Origin: Candidatus Latescibacterota bacterium
Lineage (GTDB): Bacteria; Latescibacterota; UBA2968; GCA-2709665
Direction of reading: 5' to 3'
Length of the DNA stretch: 64,000 nt
Assembly (NCBI GenBank): GCA_965203805.1
Contig: OZ241917.1
Span: forward strand, 5,792,001-5,856,000
Positions 1 through 9,687 of the stretch are shown here, piece after piece. Each line of letters begins with the position of its first letter. Position 1 is the first letter of the stretch. The notes beneath the pieces were generated by a model. That model was not told where the DNA came from and did not search any database. It saw nothing but the letters and a program-made list of their open reading frames with translations. The position numbers and the translations under genes were made by a program.

Positions 1-178
1 TTTACAAAACCAGGCCGTACGCTAAACCCTTCAATCGCAAACCCATAGCATAAAAGCCACATATTGCAATATACGTGAATTGGACGTTTAGGGCAATTCC
101 ATTTAAATTCTGTCCACCCATGTAAATTCCGTTATCTACTCCTACCTCCTGATCTTTCCATACAAGCCCGACCACACG

Positions 179-3100
179 TCAGGGCAGCGTCAGCCGCCAC
201 ACGTCGTTCACGACCGGCCATGTATTGCCCGCAACAACCCAGAGGCTGTTCCGGAACACGTAGCACGTGGATTCGTGACGGGGTGCAAAGCGGGTGTCGG
301 GTTCGAATTCGCGCCACTCGCGGCCGTTTTCGGTAAACCAGACGTCGCCCAGGTTCACCGAATTGGCGTTGTCGTACCCGCCGATGATCCAGAGTTTGCC
401 CGCGTAGACCTTCGGAATGAACCACATCCGCGGCGACCAGGGGGCGTGTTCGAGTACGCGCGTCCAGTTGACGCCGTCCTCCGAACACCAGACGTCGTTC
501 AGGGTCGTGTAATGCGGGTAGCCCTTTTCGGGCGGGTGGTTGCGCCCGTCGATCCGGCCCCCCATCACCCACAGCCTGTTGTCGTACGCGGCCACGGCGG
601 CGGCGGACCGGTCTCCGTAAGGGGCGTTGGACGCGACCTGTGTCCAGTCGACGCCGTCGCCGGTGTGCCAGACGTCGGTACCGCTGCCAAGCTGCCACAT
701 GCGGTCACGGTGGACAACCAGTTCGCCGTAGCCCCTCGGCCCGAAGGGGGTTTCTTCCAGTACCCTGGTCCAGTCGACGCCGTCCGGCGATGTCCAGACG
801 CTTCCCTTCACGGCCCACATCCTGTCCTTGTAGGCAATCATTTCGCTATAGCCGTCGTAGGGCGTGGCTTCGCTTACCAGATGCCAGCTGATGCCGTCGG
901 ATGAGTTCCAGAGGTCCCGGGTGAGGATACCGGAATGGTAGTAGGCGTTGCTGATCCAGAGCTTGTCCTGAAACACAACGTCTTCGGACGTATCGCGCGG
1001 GGTGAACGGCGCGTTGCGGACCAGGTTGATCCAGTCGCCGGTTCGGGTGGCGTTGACGTCGGCCGTGTTGATGCGCATGCTGGACACGGTGGGGATTTCG
1101 ATCGTTGCCGGGCCGGTCCATGAGCGCCCCGGAAAGAAGAGGAGGCGGCCGCCGTCCGCCGTGATTTCATACCCGGGGTCATCCTCCAGTTCGATCAGGG
1201 CGCCGCCGGCGTCCGGGTGATGGATGGCTTTGATCGTGTGCCCGTAGGTGAACCCGTCGCCGTCCGTCACAATGCCGGTGAGGCCCGCGAGGTCCACGCC
1301 GGTGGGAAGATCGGCGTCTAGGACGAGCCCGTCCACGTCGTCGCCGTCAGCCTTGCGCAGTGTCTTGAGGACGTTCCCGCAGCGCGTGCCCCGGCCGCCG
1401 AGCCTGCGGTTTCCTTTCTCCAGCAGCGTGCCCCCGATCAGAATCATTTCTTCAACTTCGCCGCCTCGTTCTCTGACGAAGCCGACTCGCCCCTGGAAGC
1501 GGAGGTCGCCGCACTCGAGCGTGCGGTTCTCGTCCGACGCGGACAGGATATAGTCTGTGACGCCGCCGGCGTCGACTCTCAGGACGATGTCCTCGCCGGT
1601 GCCGCCTTCCGCGTCGAGGCGGTCCACGCCGGTGACGGCGGGCCGGCCGCCGCGGGGTTCCAGGACGGTACTGAAGAGGGTGGAGAGGTTCTCGCCTTCG
1701 CGGCGGTGGATGAGCATGGGCATGGTGACGGCGTCCAGCCGGTTGTCATCCTCGTCGGCATTCCGGATGGAGGGCGCCCGGGCGGTGAAGAGGTCACCGC
1801 CGGGACCGGTGAGGCTGTAGACGCGGACCGAACCCTCGGGTGACGCCTGGCTGGTGAACGTCGCACGCCACGGCCGGGTGACTCCGGCGCGCCGTACGTC
1901 GCGTATGAACGCGTATCCCAGGTTGTGTCCCCCGGCGTCGCCCTTGACGCTCTCTCCGGTGGGCAGGGTGGCGGTCACGCCCGCGGGGAGCAGCGTTTCG
2001 CCATAGGGCCTGGCGGGGAGGTCGGTTTCAACGGCGCCGTCGTGGTCCGCGTCGCCCGCCAGGATGTACTCGTGACGATGGCCGCCCGTGACCCGGAACA
2101 GGTCGACGACGTACGTCTGTTCGGGCGAGAGGCCGATCTGTAGCAGCATCCGCCGGTAGGTGGACGTGACGCCCGGATAGGCGCGGTCGCCCGAGGCTTC
2201 GATCGCCTGGAACGTGTCGCTGTGCGGGACGAAGAGCAGGAGGTTGCCGTCCGAGGGCGCGTTTTCGGAGCCGAACGCCTGGTCCTTGCCGTCCACGGCA
2301 ACCGTGTTATGCGACAGCGTGCTGATCGTCCAGCACCGGTGGCGCGTGTGGGTATAGCCGATGTCGCTCAGGCGCTCCTGGCCGCGCGCGTAGAGGGTGA
2401 TGCTCAGGAGATCCGCGTGCTGGTGGCCGTATCCGCCGGAGAAGTGGAGGTACGTCTGGGTGCGGTCGTCGCCGCTTCCCGTACTCAGGCGGGCGTGGCC
2501 CATGCCCGGCAGGAGCATGGGACCCGTCGACTCGGGGGCGTCTCGCCGTTCTTTCGCCCATGTGTCATGGGTGGGGACCACGCGGCCGTTGGGATAGCGG
2601 AGAAGCTCCGGGATCTGCCGGGCTTTTTCCAGAATGGGAAAACGGGCGTTCAGGTCCAGATTGTCGTAGCGCTCCCCGTCTTCGGGATGCACATATTCGT
2701 CCGGGTCGCTGTAGCCGTCCAGTCTTTCGATGACCTGCCGCAGCCCGCCGATGGTCTGGTTGTGGTACGAGACCGCGCCTTCGCGCCATACGCCGTCCAC
2801 GAGGAAGTTGGCAGCGATGAGCCGGGAGATGCGGTCTACCACGGCATGAATATAATCCGGTTCCTTCAGAACCCTCCCCGCGGCGACCATGCCCCGCAGA
2901 AGCGTGGGATCCATGTTTCCGAGCGCCGGCGGGAATCCCCGGACAAAGGCCACGCTCGCATGGAAAAACCCGTCTTCGATGCGTCGAATCCCCGGTTCGT
3001 CCAGTTCACCGCTGTCCCGGATCAGGTCGTAGGCGTAGATCAGATTCTCCGGTATGTCCATATAGGCCCACCAGTCCCACTTGGAGGCGCGATAGTCCTG

Positions 3101-3724
3101 GACCGGATAGGGAAAGCCCTGGCTGCCAGGGAAGATGATCTTCTGCCGGAAGGGCAGGTCGTGGTGGACGCAGTATCCCGGATAAACCTCGGCGAAGCGG
3201 TTCAGAATGAGGGCCGCACGCCGGGCGAAGGAACGGTCTCCCGTCGCAAAGTAGAGTGTCGCCAGGTCATAGGCGGCGTTGGCGAACCAGGCCCGCGCCC
3301 GGTACCACCCCTTCGCCTGGAAGAAGTGCCTGTACCCGGAGTCGTCCTCCCAGTACGGATACGCCTGTGTCTGGCCAACGGGATTGACGACGCTCAGGAT
3401 TTCGGTGTCGGGGAATTTTGCGTTGGGATATTTCAGGCCGCAGTACTTGCAGAAGACGCGGTCCGGGTCTTCGATCGTCCAGTCGATCTGGCCCTCCTGG
3501 GCGCCGCCGTCGCAGTTGGGACAGTCCACGAAATAGATGCCCGCGCGGTCTGGAATGAGGCGCAGAAGTTCGCGTTCCGGCAGCGAAATGACGGGTTCGA
3601 GGTTCCGGCGCAGGCGCTCCACGTCGGAATCGTCCAGGTCGGGCGGAAAGACAGGGTCCGCGCCGGCGGGGTCCGGCCGGAGTGCGAGAAGGATCAGGAC
3701 GAGTACGAGGGCGAACATCAGCAT
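179..3724 (-). CDS. Secreted heparinase II/III-like polysaccharide lyase with N-terminal CxxC..CxxC motif and C-terminal Kelch-like beta-propeller
   Basis: Signal peptide MLMFALVLVLILLAL (ATG 3724); DCPNC..CKYC; heparinase-type motifs DGVWREGAVSYH, GHQHADLLSI, STLSHNTVAVDG; C-terminal repeats LWVMGG/LWIIGG with DVW.S.DG..W. Confidence 0.75.
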   Translation of the reverse strand: MLMFALVLVLILLALRPDPAGADPVFPPDLDDSDVERLRRNLEPVISLPERELLRLIPDRAGIYFVDCPNCDGGAQEGQIDWTIEDPDRVFCKYCGLKYPNAKFPDTEILSVVNPVGQTQAYPYWEDDSGYRHFFQAKGWYRARAWFANAAYDLATLYFATGDRSFARRAALILNRFAEVYPGYCVHHDLPFRQKIIFPGSQGFPYPVQDYRASKWDWWAYMDIPENLIYAYDLIRDSGELDEPGIRRIEDGFFHASVAFVRGFPPALGNMDPTLLRGMVAAGRVLKEPDYIHAVVDRISRLIAANFLVDGVWREGAVSYHNQTIGGLRQVIERLDGYSDPDEYVHPEDGERYDNLDLNARFPILEKARQIPELLRYPNGRVVPTHDTWAKERRDAPESTGPMLLPGMGHARLSTGSGDDRTQTYLHFSGGYGHQHADLLSITLYARGQERLSDIGYTHTRHRCWTISTLSHNTVAVDGKDQAFGSENAPSDGNLLLFVPHSDTFQAIEASGDRAYPGVTSTYRRMLLQIGLSPEQTYVVDLFRVTGGHRHEYILAGDADHDGAVETDLPARPYGETLLPAGVTATLPTGESVKGDAGGHNLGYAFIRDVRRAGVTRPWRATFTSQASPEGSVRVYSLTGPGGDLFTARAPSIRNADEDDNRLDAVTMPMLIHRREGENLSTLFSTVLEPRGGRPAVTGVDRLDAEGGTGEDIVLRVDAGGVTDYILSASDENRTLECGDLRFQGRVGFVRERGGEVEEMILIGGTLLEKGNRRLGGRGTRCGNVLKTLRKADGDDVDGLVLDADLPTGVDLAGLTGIVTDGDGFTYGHTIKAIHHPDAGGALIELEDDPGYEITADGGRLLFFPGRSWTGPATIEIPTVSSMRINTADVNATRTGDWINLVRNAPFTPRDTSEDVVFQDKLWISNAYYHSGILTRDLWNSSDGISWHLVSEATPYDGYSEMIAYKDRMWAVKGSVWTSPDGVDWTRVLEETPFGPRGYGELVVHRDRMWQLGSGTDVWHTGDGVDWTQVASNAPYGDRSAAAVAAYDNRLWVMGGRIDGRNHPPEKGYPHYTTLNDVWCSEDGVNWTRVLEHAPWSPRMWFIPKVYAGKLWIIGGYDNANSVNLGDVWFTENGREWREFEPDTRFAPRHESTCYVFRNSLWVVAGNTWPVVNDVWRLTLP

Positions 3725-3860
3725 GTCGGGACATCCTCTCGGTTCTGAACGATTCGCAAAGGCTGCAACGCACATGTCGGAAACGAGCGGCCGGCGTCGG
3801 TTCGCGCGCCGGAAGACGGTCGGGTTCTAAACGTCGCACCGTCGGGGTTCGCGGCGTGCG

Positions 3861-5426
3861 TCATGGTCGGCTCGCCGGCGATGCGTTGCGGCGCAGCACC
3901 CTGCCCGGCAGCGCGCCGGTGGGGGCGCCCCCCTCCACGGCCGGCGTCCCGTTGACCAGCACGTACTGGATCCCCACGGGACCTCCGGTGGGGTTCTCGA
4001 ACGTGGCGGTTGAGTTGACGGTCTCCGGATCGAAGATCACGATGTCGGCGGCGTTGCCTTCGGCGATTTCGCCGCGGTCGGCAAGGCCGAATCGCCGGGC
4101 GGGGAAGCCGCTCATTTTGTGGATGGCTTCCGTGAGAGAGAGAAGCTTCTTCTCGCGGACGATTTCGCCGGGTACGCGTGCAAAGCACCCGAATCCCCTG
4201 GGGTGGGGGTGGCGCACGTTGTAGATGCCGTCGCTCGCGACCATCATCCGAGGGTGCGTTGCGGTATTCCTCACCGTGGTTTCGTTGTTTTCGGGGGTGT
4301 CCTGCCACGGGAAAATGTACGTGGACAGGCCGTCCTCCTCCAGGATGAGATCGTAGGCGAAGTCCTCCGGAGCGACGCCCGCCCCCGCGGCCAGGTCCGA
4401 CAGGGTGGCGCCGACGTAGCGTCCTGATCGGGTATGACCGACCACCTGGTTGCACGCGCCCAGCCAGCCGCGGAGATGGGGAAGGACCCGTTCCTTCACA
4501 CCGGGGTCCGCCAGGTGATCCAAGACGTCTGCCGGAGCGCCGATCTGGTCCGGGACGGGAAGCATGATGGTCATGTGGGACATGCCGGCGGGGTAGAGAT
4601 AGGACTCGAAGGTGAGGTCGATATCCTCCCTGTCGGCAATATCGAGAAGCTCGGCCCCCTCCCGGTCTGCCCGCTCATGGGAATGGTGGACGGGAATGCC
4701 GGACTGCCGGAAGATCTCGAAGGTCTCCTTCCAGGCATCCGCGCGACCCAGTATGTGGTTGCGGACGTGGGCGGCGTAAATGCCGCCGTAGGAAGCGGCC
4801 ACTTTGCACAGTTCCACCAGTTCGCGCAGGTCGGAATTTGCGCTCGGCTGGTAGTCCAGCCCCAGGCAGAGGCAGCCCGCGCCCGCTTCCATCCATTGCC
4901 GCACCAGGTCGGCCATGGCGTCGATCTGCGTATCGGTGGCGGGACCGGGCGACCAGCCGCAGACGTTCAGACGCACGGCGCAGTGGGGCACCTGCGGGTA
5001 GACGTTGCAGGGACTGTTCCCGGGAAACAGGTTCAGGTAGTCTTCAATGGATTCCCAGGTGAGGTCCAGATCCGCCGATCCGGCGGCGAACCGGGTGTAC
5101 TCCCACATCTGCCCTCGCAGGTCCGGAGACAACGGCGCCCATCCGAAGCCGTCGGGCGCGAGGAGCTGCGTCGTAACGCCCTGGACGACACCCGCAAAAC
5201 GGTGGATTCCGGTCAGAAGGGCGGGCTCGCAATGCACGTGCACGTCGATGAATCCGGGGCAGACCACGTGGCCGCGGGCGTCGATCTCCCGTCTCGCCTC
5301 AACATTCGAGAGGTTGTCCACGGCGGCGATCCGGTCGTCCTGTACGGCGATATCCGCCGGGAACGGGTCTCCACGGCCTGTCCCGTCGACCACGAGGCCG
5401 TTGCGGATGAGGGTGTCGAACGTCAT
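3861..5426 (-). CDS. N-acyl-D-amino-acid deacylase (D-aminoacylase family amidohydrolase)
   Basis: FDTLIRNGLVVDGTG, PGFIDVHVH, QGVTT, HPHPRGFG, ADIVIFDP motifs; start set at ATG 5426. Confidence 0.85.
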   Translation of the reverse strand: MTFDTLIRNGLVVDGTGRGDPFPADIAVQDDRIAAVDNLSNVEARREIDARGHVVCPGFIDVHVHCEPALLTGIHRFAGVVQGVTTQLLAPDGFGWAPLSPDLRGQMWEYTRFAAGSADLDLTWESIEDYLNLFPGNSPCNVYPQVPHCAVRLNVCGWSPGPATDTQIDAMADLVRQWMEAGAGCLCLGLDYQPSANSDLRELVELCKVAASYGGIYAAHVRNHILGRADAWKETFEIFRQSGIPVHHSHERADREGAELLDIADREDIDLTFESYLYPAGMSHMTIMLPVPDQIGAPADVLDHLADPGVKERVLPHLRGWLGACNQVVGHTRSGRYVGATLSDLAAGAGVAPEDFAYDLILEEDGLSTYIFPWQDTPENNETTVRNTATHPRMMVASDGIYNVRHPHPRGFGCFARVPGEIVREKKLLSLTEAIHKMSGFPARRFGLADRGEIAEGNAADIVIFDPETVNSTATFENPTGGPVGIQYVLVNGTPAVEGGAPTGALPGRVLRRNASPASRP

Positions 5427-5526
5427 GGGATACACCTTCTGAGAAGCGCGTTGGCGGGCCGGTTGAGATTGCGGACTGAAGATAAACAGGATTTCTCTTC
5501 GGCGCACCGGATTTCAAACCAGCTTC

Positions 5527-7494
5527 CTACCAGTCGTTGAGCTTGTGGCCGTCTCCGTTGAACCAGATAACGTCCGCGACGACCCCCAGACCCACGCCGA
5601 CGAGATATCCCATGAACATGCCCAGAAAGAGGGGTGTCAGGCGTCTGTAGCTGTTGAGGCCGCCGAATCTCATGATAAGGGCTTTGGTGAACCACGCGAT
5701 GAAGATGGAGGTGACGCTGCTTCTGAGCACGTTGGAGGCGGAAATGGTGAATCCGATGGGATGGATGGGGAATCCCGGAAAGCGGTATCGCAGAAAGACG
5801 AGGAGGCCGGTGAACGCGGCGCCGATGCCGAAGAACCCGACGCGGTCCCAGCTTGTGCCGGCCGTCCCCTGCTGGATGCGGGCGGCCGTATATCGCCAGA
5901 TGCCAACGGCGCCGTCACCGGAGCCGTTGAAGCTGACCACGCCGAAGTTGTAGCTGCCCACGCCGTAATAGCCGTGGTAGAGAATGAAGGCGATCACCGA
6001 AAGGGCGCCGCCAAGGGCGCCCAGAAGAACGCCGGGCGCCAGCAGCCGCCGGCGTTCGGGCCGCATGGCCACGCCCAGCCTGGGGACGTGGGCCAGGGCG
6101 GTGATCGCCCAGGTCTTTGCGTCGCAGAAAAAGGTGTAGGTCAGGCCCAGGGCAACCGCGCTGTGCGGACCCATTCCGGAAATGCCGAAAAGGTGCCACG
6201 TAAACGCCTGCGCCGTAATGGGGCCGCGCAGATACACGAGGCCGCTTTCCACGATAATGCGCGCCAGACCCAGGTAGAGCGCGAGGGTGGCGAACCAAAA
6301 AGCGATCAGGGGGCCGGCGGCCATCCCGGCGCGGAAGAGCCACACGAGCAGGTACGCACATCCGGCCAGGAGCAGATATACCGCCGTGCGGTAGGAGATG
6401 AGTTCGTTTGAGTCGTCGACGTCGTCGACCGCGCCCGGTCGTCGGGTGCCCGCCGCGCGCGCAAAGGCCTTCCTGAATACCGCGGCCAGGTGGCTCCGGG
6501 CAACCCAGAGGCCCCAGCCCGCAAAAACACTGAGACCGCCGAAGCTCTGCCAGCCGATGGCGGGATCGAACGAGCACCACATATCAGAACCGCCGATACT
6601 GAAGCCCAGGCGGTTGAAGACGCCCACCTGCAGGATGGCCAGAAGGTGGAAGAGCCAGATGCTGAACAGGACGCTGGATTCGGTGAAGTACGCGAACGCG
6701 ATCGTCATCGGATGGATGGAGAATGCAAAGTAGGGAAAACCTTCGCCGATCCGGATCACCTTGCGGCTGAGGACCGTCATGGGTACGTCCAGGACGGGTA
6801 TGGCCCTGACGAACCAGGTCGCGATATTCCAGCAGAAGATGGCGACGACCAGCCAGAAACCGAACCGGAACAGGCGCGACCGGACCAGGGTGGCCAGACT
6901 GCGCCCGGAACCGGAGTCGCCGGTGAGCTCCAGGACGGCGGTGGCGATCGGGAACGTGAGGCGTTCGTTGTCCATCCACTGTTTGCGGAGGATGACGACC
7001 AGGCAGAAGCTGACGGTAAGCACCGAACCGAGGAATCCGCCCCACCAGAAAACCGGCGCCGCCCAGGCGCTCCAGGGGAATTCCTGGCCCTTGAACAGAC
7101 TCTCGTAGAAGCCGGTTGCGGCCCCCGGATCCGCGACGATGGTCCAGGAGGGAACCCTGGAGAGCAGGTGTTCGGCCCATTGATTCTCGGGTGTCGCAAA
7201 ATAGGTGGGCGCCGTAACCACGCCCAGCAGGTATCCCGAAAGCCACTCTCCCTGCATGGTCGCCGCGACCATTCCGATACAGCAGATGGACACCAATTCC
7301 GAGGCCGACAGGCCGCGTCCGCGACGATAGAGGGGCAGATTGAGTGCGAGCAGGCAAATGAAGGGTATCAGCAGGGCTACCGACAGGTGCGCATAGTCGG
7401 CGCGCGAGGAATGCGCGATGAGGCTGGAGTAGGTGGGCCAGAGGTTGACCCAGACGGCCATGGACAGGCCGACGAGGAGCGCGCGCAGCGTCAT
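5527..7494 (-). CDS. DUF6785/DUF6784-like polytopic membrane protein
   Basis: Many TM segments; RKQW..NERL.FP and FPIHPIG..GG...YRR..PLF.G motifs; paralog of 58945-60951; start at MTLRALLVG. Confidence 0.7.
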   Translation of the reverse strand: MTLRALLVGLSMAVWVNLWPTYSSLIAHSSRADYAHLSVALLIPFICLLALNLPLYRRGRGLSASELVSICCIGMVAATMQGEWLSGYLLGVVTAPTYFATPENQWAEHLLSRVPSWTIVADPGAATGFYESLFKGQEFPWSAWAAPVFWWGGFLGSVLTVSFCLVVILRKQWMDNERLTFPIATAVLELTGDSGSGRSLATLVRSRLFRFGFWLVVAIFCWNIATWFVRAIPVLDVPMTVLSRKVIRIGEGFPYFAFSIHPMTIAFAYFTESSVLFSIWLFHLLAILQVGVFNRLGFSIGGSDMWCSFDPAIGWQSFGGLSVFAGWGLWVARSHLAAVFRKAFARAAGTRRPGAVDDVDDSNELISYRTAVYLLLAGCAYLLVWLFRAGMAAGPLIAFWFATLALYLGLARIIVESGLVYLRGPITAQAFTWHLFGISGMGPHSAVALGLTYTFFCDAKTWAITALAHVPRLGVAMRPERRRLLAPGVLLGALGGALSVIAFILYHGYYGVGSYNFGVVSFNGSGDGAVGIWRYTAARIQQGTAGTSWDRVGFFGIGAAFTGLLVFLRYRFPGFPIHPIGFTISASNVLRSSVTSIFIAWFTKALIMRFGGLNSYRRLTPLFLGMFMGYLVGVGLGVVADVIWFNGDGHKLNDW

Positions 7495-7586
7495 GATGTC
7501 CGCCGTCGGATGTCGGTACGCGGTGGGGCCGAACCTGATGGTGCGGTCGGCGCTCGACTTCGGTTCATGTCGATACGGGGTTGGGT

Positions 7587-8639
7587 CTACAGACTTCCGG
7601 ACACCGCAATCTTGATGGCGTCCTTTCCGTCCAGGCGATAGCTGCCGGCCAATGCGTTGAAGCCTTCGGGCACGCGGTCCAGCGGGATGGTGTGGCTGAC
7701 CATATCCGCAAAGGGGAACTCGTTTCTCTCCAGGATGGGAAGGCCGCGCACGAAGTGTTCCGCGTAACTCGCCCAGACCGCTTCGAAACGCAGGTTCTTG
7801 CGCATGAACATCCGATTGGGATTGCATTCGAAGGAACCGACGTCGACGAAATGGCCCATTTCGACGTAGGTGCCGTCCTGCCGGAGATAATCCAGACCCT
7901 CAGGGATGGCTTGCAGAAAGCCCGCGCACTCGAAGACGACGTCGGCGCCGGCCCCCTTCGGCGTGGCGTCCCGAACCATTCGCTTGCGTTCTTCCGGGTC
8001 CGGGACGTCGGCGATGTCGACCGTGACGTCCGCGCCGATTTCCCGTGCGAGCGCCAGGCGTCCCGGGGGGCCGCCGACCATGATCAGCCGGCCGGCGCCG
8101 CTGACCTTCGCGCAGATGAGGGTGACAAGGCCGATGGCGCCGGAACCCTGAACGACGACGGTGTCTCCGAATTGGATCCCCGCCCGCATAACGCCGTGTA
8201 CGCCGATCGTGAAGGGCTCGAGCAGAACGGCGACCTCGGCCGGCAGATCGGTCTTGAAGAAAACGGTCTCCGGATTCCAGAGATAGATGTACTCGGCAAA
8301 GCCGCCGCGCAGATAGGGCTGCTCTCCGGCAGGGATGAATCCGTACGCGCCATCAGACGTTCCCGGCACCAGGGCGATCCGGTCGCCGGGTCTGACGGGA
8401 CGTCCCAGGTAATCGTGGGTCACGCCGTCGCCAAGCGTGTCGACGATCCCCACGTTCTCGTGCCCCAGAATAATCTCGTCGTCCAATCTCTGGTATTCCC
8501 AGTTGTGCAGGTCGGTGCCGCAGATGCCGGCGAGTTCCTGTCTCAACAGGACCGTTCCGGGCGCCGGTTCCGGTACGGGGTACTCCCGGACTTCAAATCG
8601 TTCGCCGACCACGACCGAGGCGCGACCGGTTCGGGGCAT
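7587..8639 (-). CDS. Zinc-dependent alcohol dehydrogenase (MDR family)
   Basis: GICGTD, LGHE, GSGAIG motifs; SD-like GGAGGG upstream of ATG 8639; the longer ORF merely reads through the MITE. Confidence 0.88.
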   Translation of the reverse strand: MPRTGRASVVVGERFEVREYPVPEPAPGTVLLRQELAGICGTDLHNWEYQRLDDEIILGHENVGIVDTLGDGVTHDYLGRPVRPGDRIALVPGTSDGAYGFIPAGEQPYLRGGFAEYIYLWNPETVFFKTDLPAEVAVLLEPFTIGVHGVMRAGIQFGDTVVVQGSGAIGLVTLICAKVSGAGRLIMVGGPPGRLALAREIGADVTVDIADVPDPEERKRMVRDATPKGAGADVVFECAGFLQAIPEGLDYLRQDGTYVEMGHFVDVGSFECNPNRMFMRKNLRFEAVWASYAEHFVRGLPILERNEFPFADMVSHTIPLDRVPEGFNALAGSYRLDGKDAIKIAVSGSL

Positions 8640-8660
8640 AGGAAAATCCCTCCCTCCAGA

Positions 8661-8864
8661 CAGCCCGTTGATAAAGTCCATCCGGTCTGCGTCCGGCCCT
8701 TGTGACCGAAATACGGCGTTGCGCTCCCTCCCCGAATCCAGGGATTCGCGTCGGTCGCCTGCCTGTGCGTGTCCGCACGCAGACAGGCGCGCCTTGTCTT
8801 CGGCCACAATCACTCGGCCACAATCACTCGGCCTCGCCTGCAGAGCGACTCTTCCAACGGACTG
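8661..8864. mobile_element. MITE copy 1 (204 bp, non-autonomous, IS5/IS1182-like ends)
   Basis: Imperfect 18-bp TIRs CAGCCCGTTGATAAAGTC / GACTCTTCCAACGGACTG; inverted homolog of 20360-20493; has an extra ~55 bp and a 14-bp tandem duplication CGGCCACAATCACT; right flank CTAA. Confidence 0.75.
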
Positions 8865-8875
8865 CTAAGAACGTG

Positions 8876-9676
8876 TCAGGATTGCGCGAAGAAACAGATG
8901 TTCGGGACGTTGTCAATACTGCCCATTTCGTAGGCGTATCTGCAAAAAAGATCCAGACCCTCCTGTTCGGCCCGGCCGAAGTCATAATGGATCCTGTTGC
9001 TCAGGTAGTCCTCGTAGAACCTGCCCGAACCGGCGCGTGGCGACGCATGGTTCGCTGCGATACCGGGAATTTCCCGCACACCCAGTGCTTTGGCCCGGAT
9101 CAGTTGCCGGGTCTGATCCGGACGCAGTGCGCCCGCCCGTCCCGTCCAGCAGGCGTAGACAAACGGAAGCCCCGTAAGCCGGGTCCAGGCTTCACCGAGG
9201 TCCATCACGCGGTAAGGCGCGGTATCGAGAGCCAGCGCCGCGTCTCCGATGATGACGGCGGCATCGGCATGATCGAGCATGCGCACAGCGTCGGGGAGAT
9301 GGTGGAAGGCCTCGGGTTCGCATCGGAATTGTTTCTTAAGGACAATACGGCTGAGGACGGTGGACGTCCGGGAATTGACGTCAAGCGCCAGCGTCCGGAT
9401 ATCGGCAGGGTCTCTCCGGTGCAGAAGCAGTACGCTTCGCACCCGGCCCCGGGAAGAGATACTCACTTCGGGGACGACGCTGTATGGGTCCGGGCCGCGT
9501 GCGATTTCGATGGAGGGGATAAGCGCGACGTCGGTTTCGCGGCCGTGAAGACGTTCCGCACAGCGGGATGGCACGTCGTAGACGAAATCGAAGCGGTGTT
9601 CGATGCGGCCGGTTTCCAGGGCGTGCACCAGCGGATGGGTGTTCAGGAAAGAGACGACACCGAGGCGGGTTGTCAT
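8876..9676 (-). CDS. mqnA: Chorismate dehydratase (futalosine menaquinone pathway)
   Basis: RLGVVSFLNTHPL, SRTS, IIGD.AL, DLGEAW...TGLPFVYA.W; adjacent to mqnC and mqnE. Confidence 0.9.
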   Translation of the reverse strand: MTTRLGVVSFLNTHPLVHALETGRIEHRFDFVYDVPSRCAERLHGRETDVALIPSIEIARGPDPYSVVPEVSISSRGRVRSVLLLHRRDPADIRTLALDVNSRTSTVLSRIVLKKQFRCEPEAFHHLPDAVRMLDHADAAVIIGDAALALDTAPYRVMDLGEAWTRLTGLPFVYACWTGRAGALRPDQTRQLIRAKALGVREIPGIAANHASPRAGSGRFYEDYLSNRIHYDFGRAEQEGLDLFCRYAYEMGSIDNVPNICFFAQS

Positions 9677-9687
9677 TCGCGCGGCTT

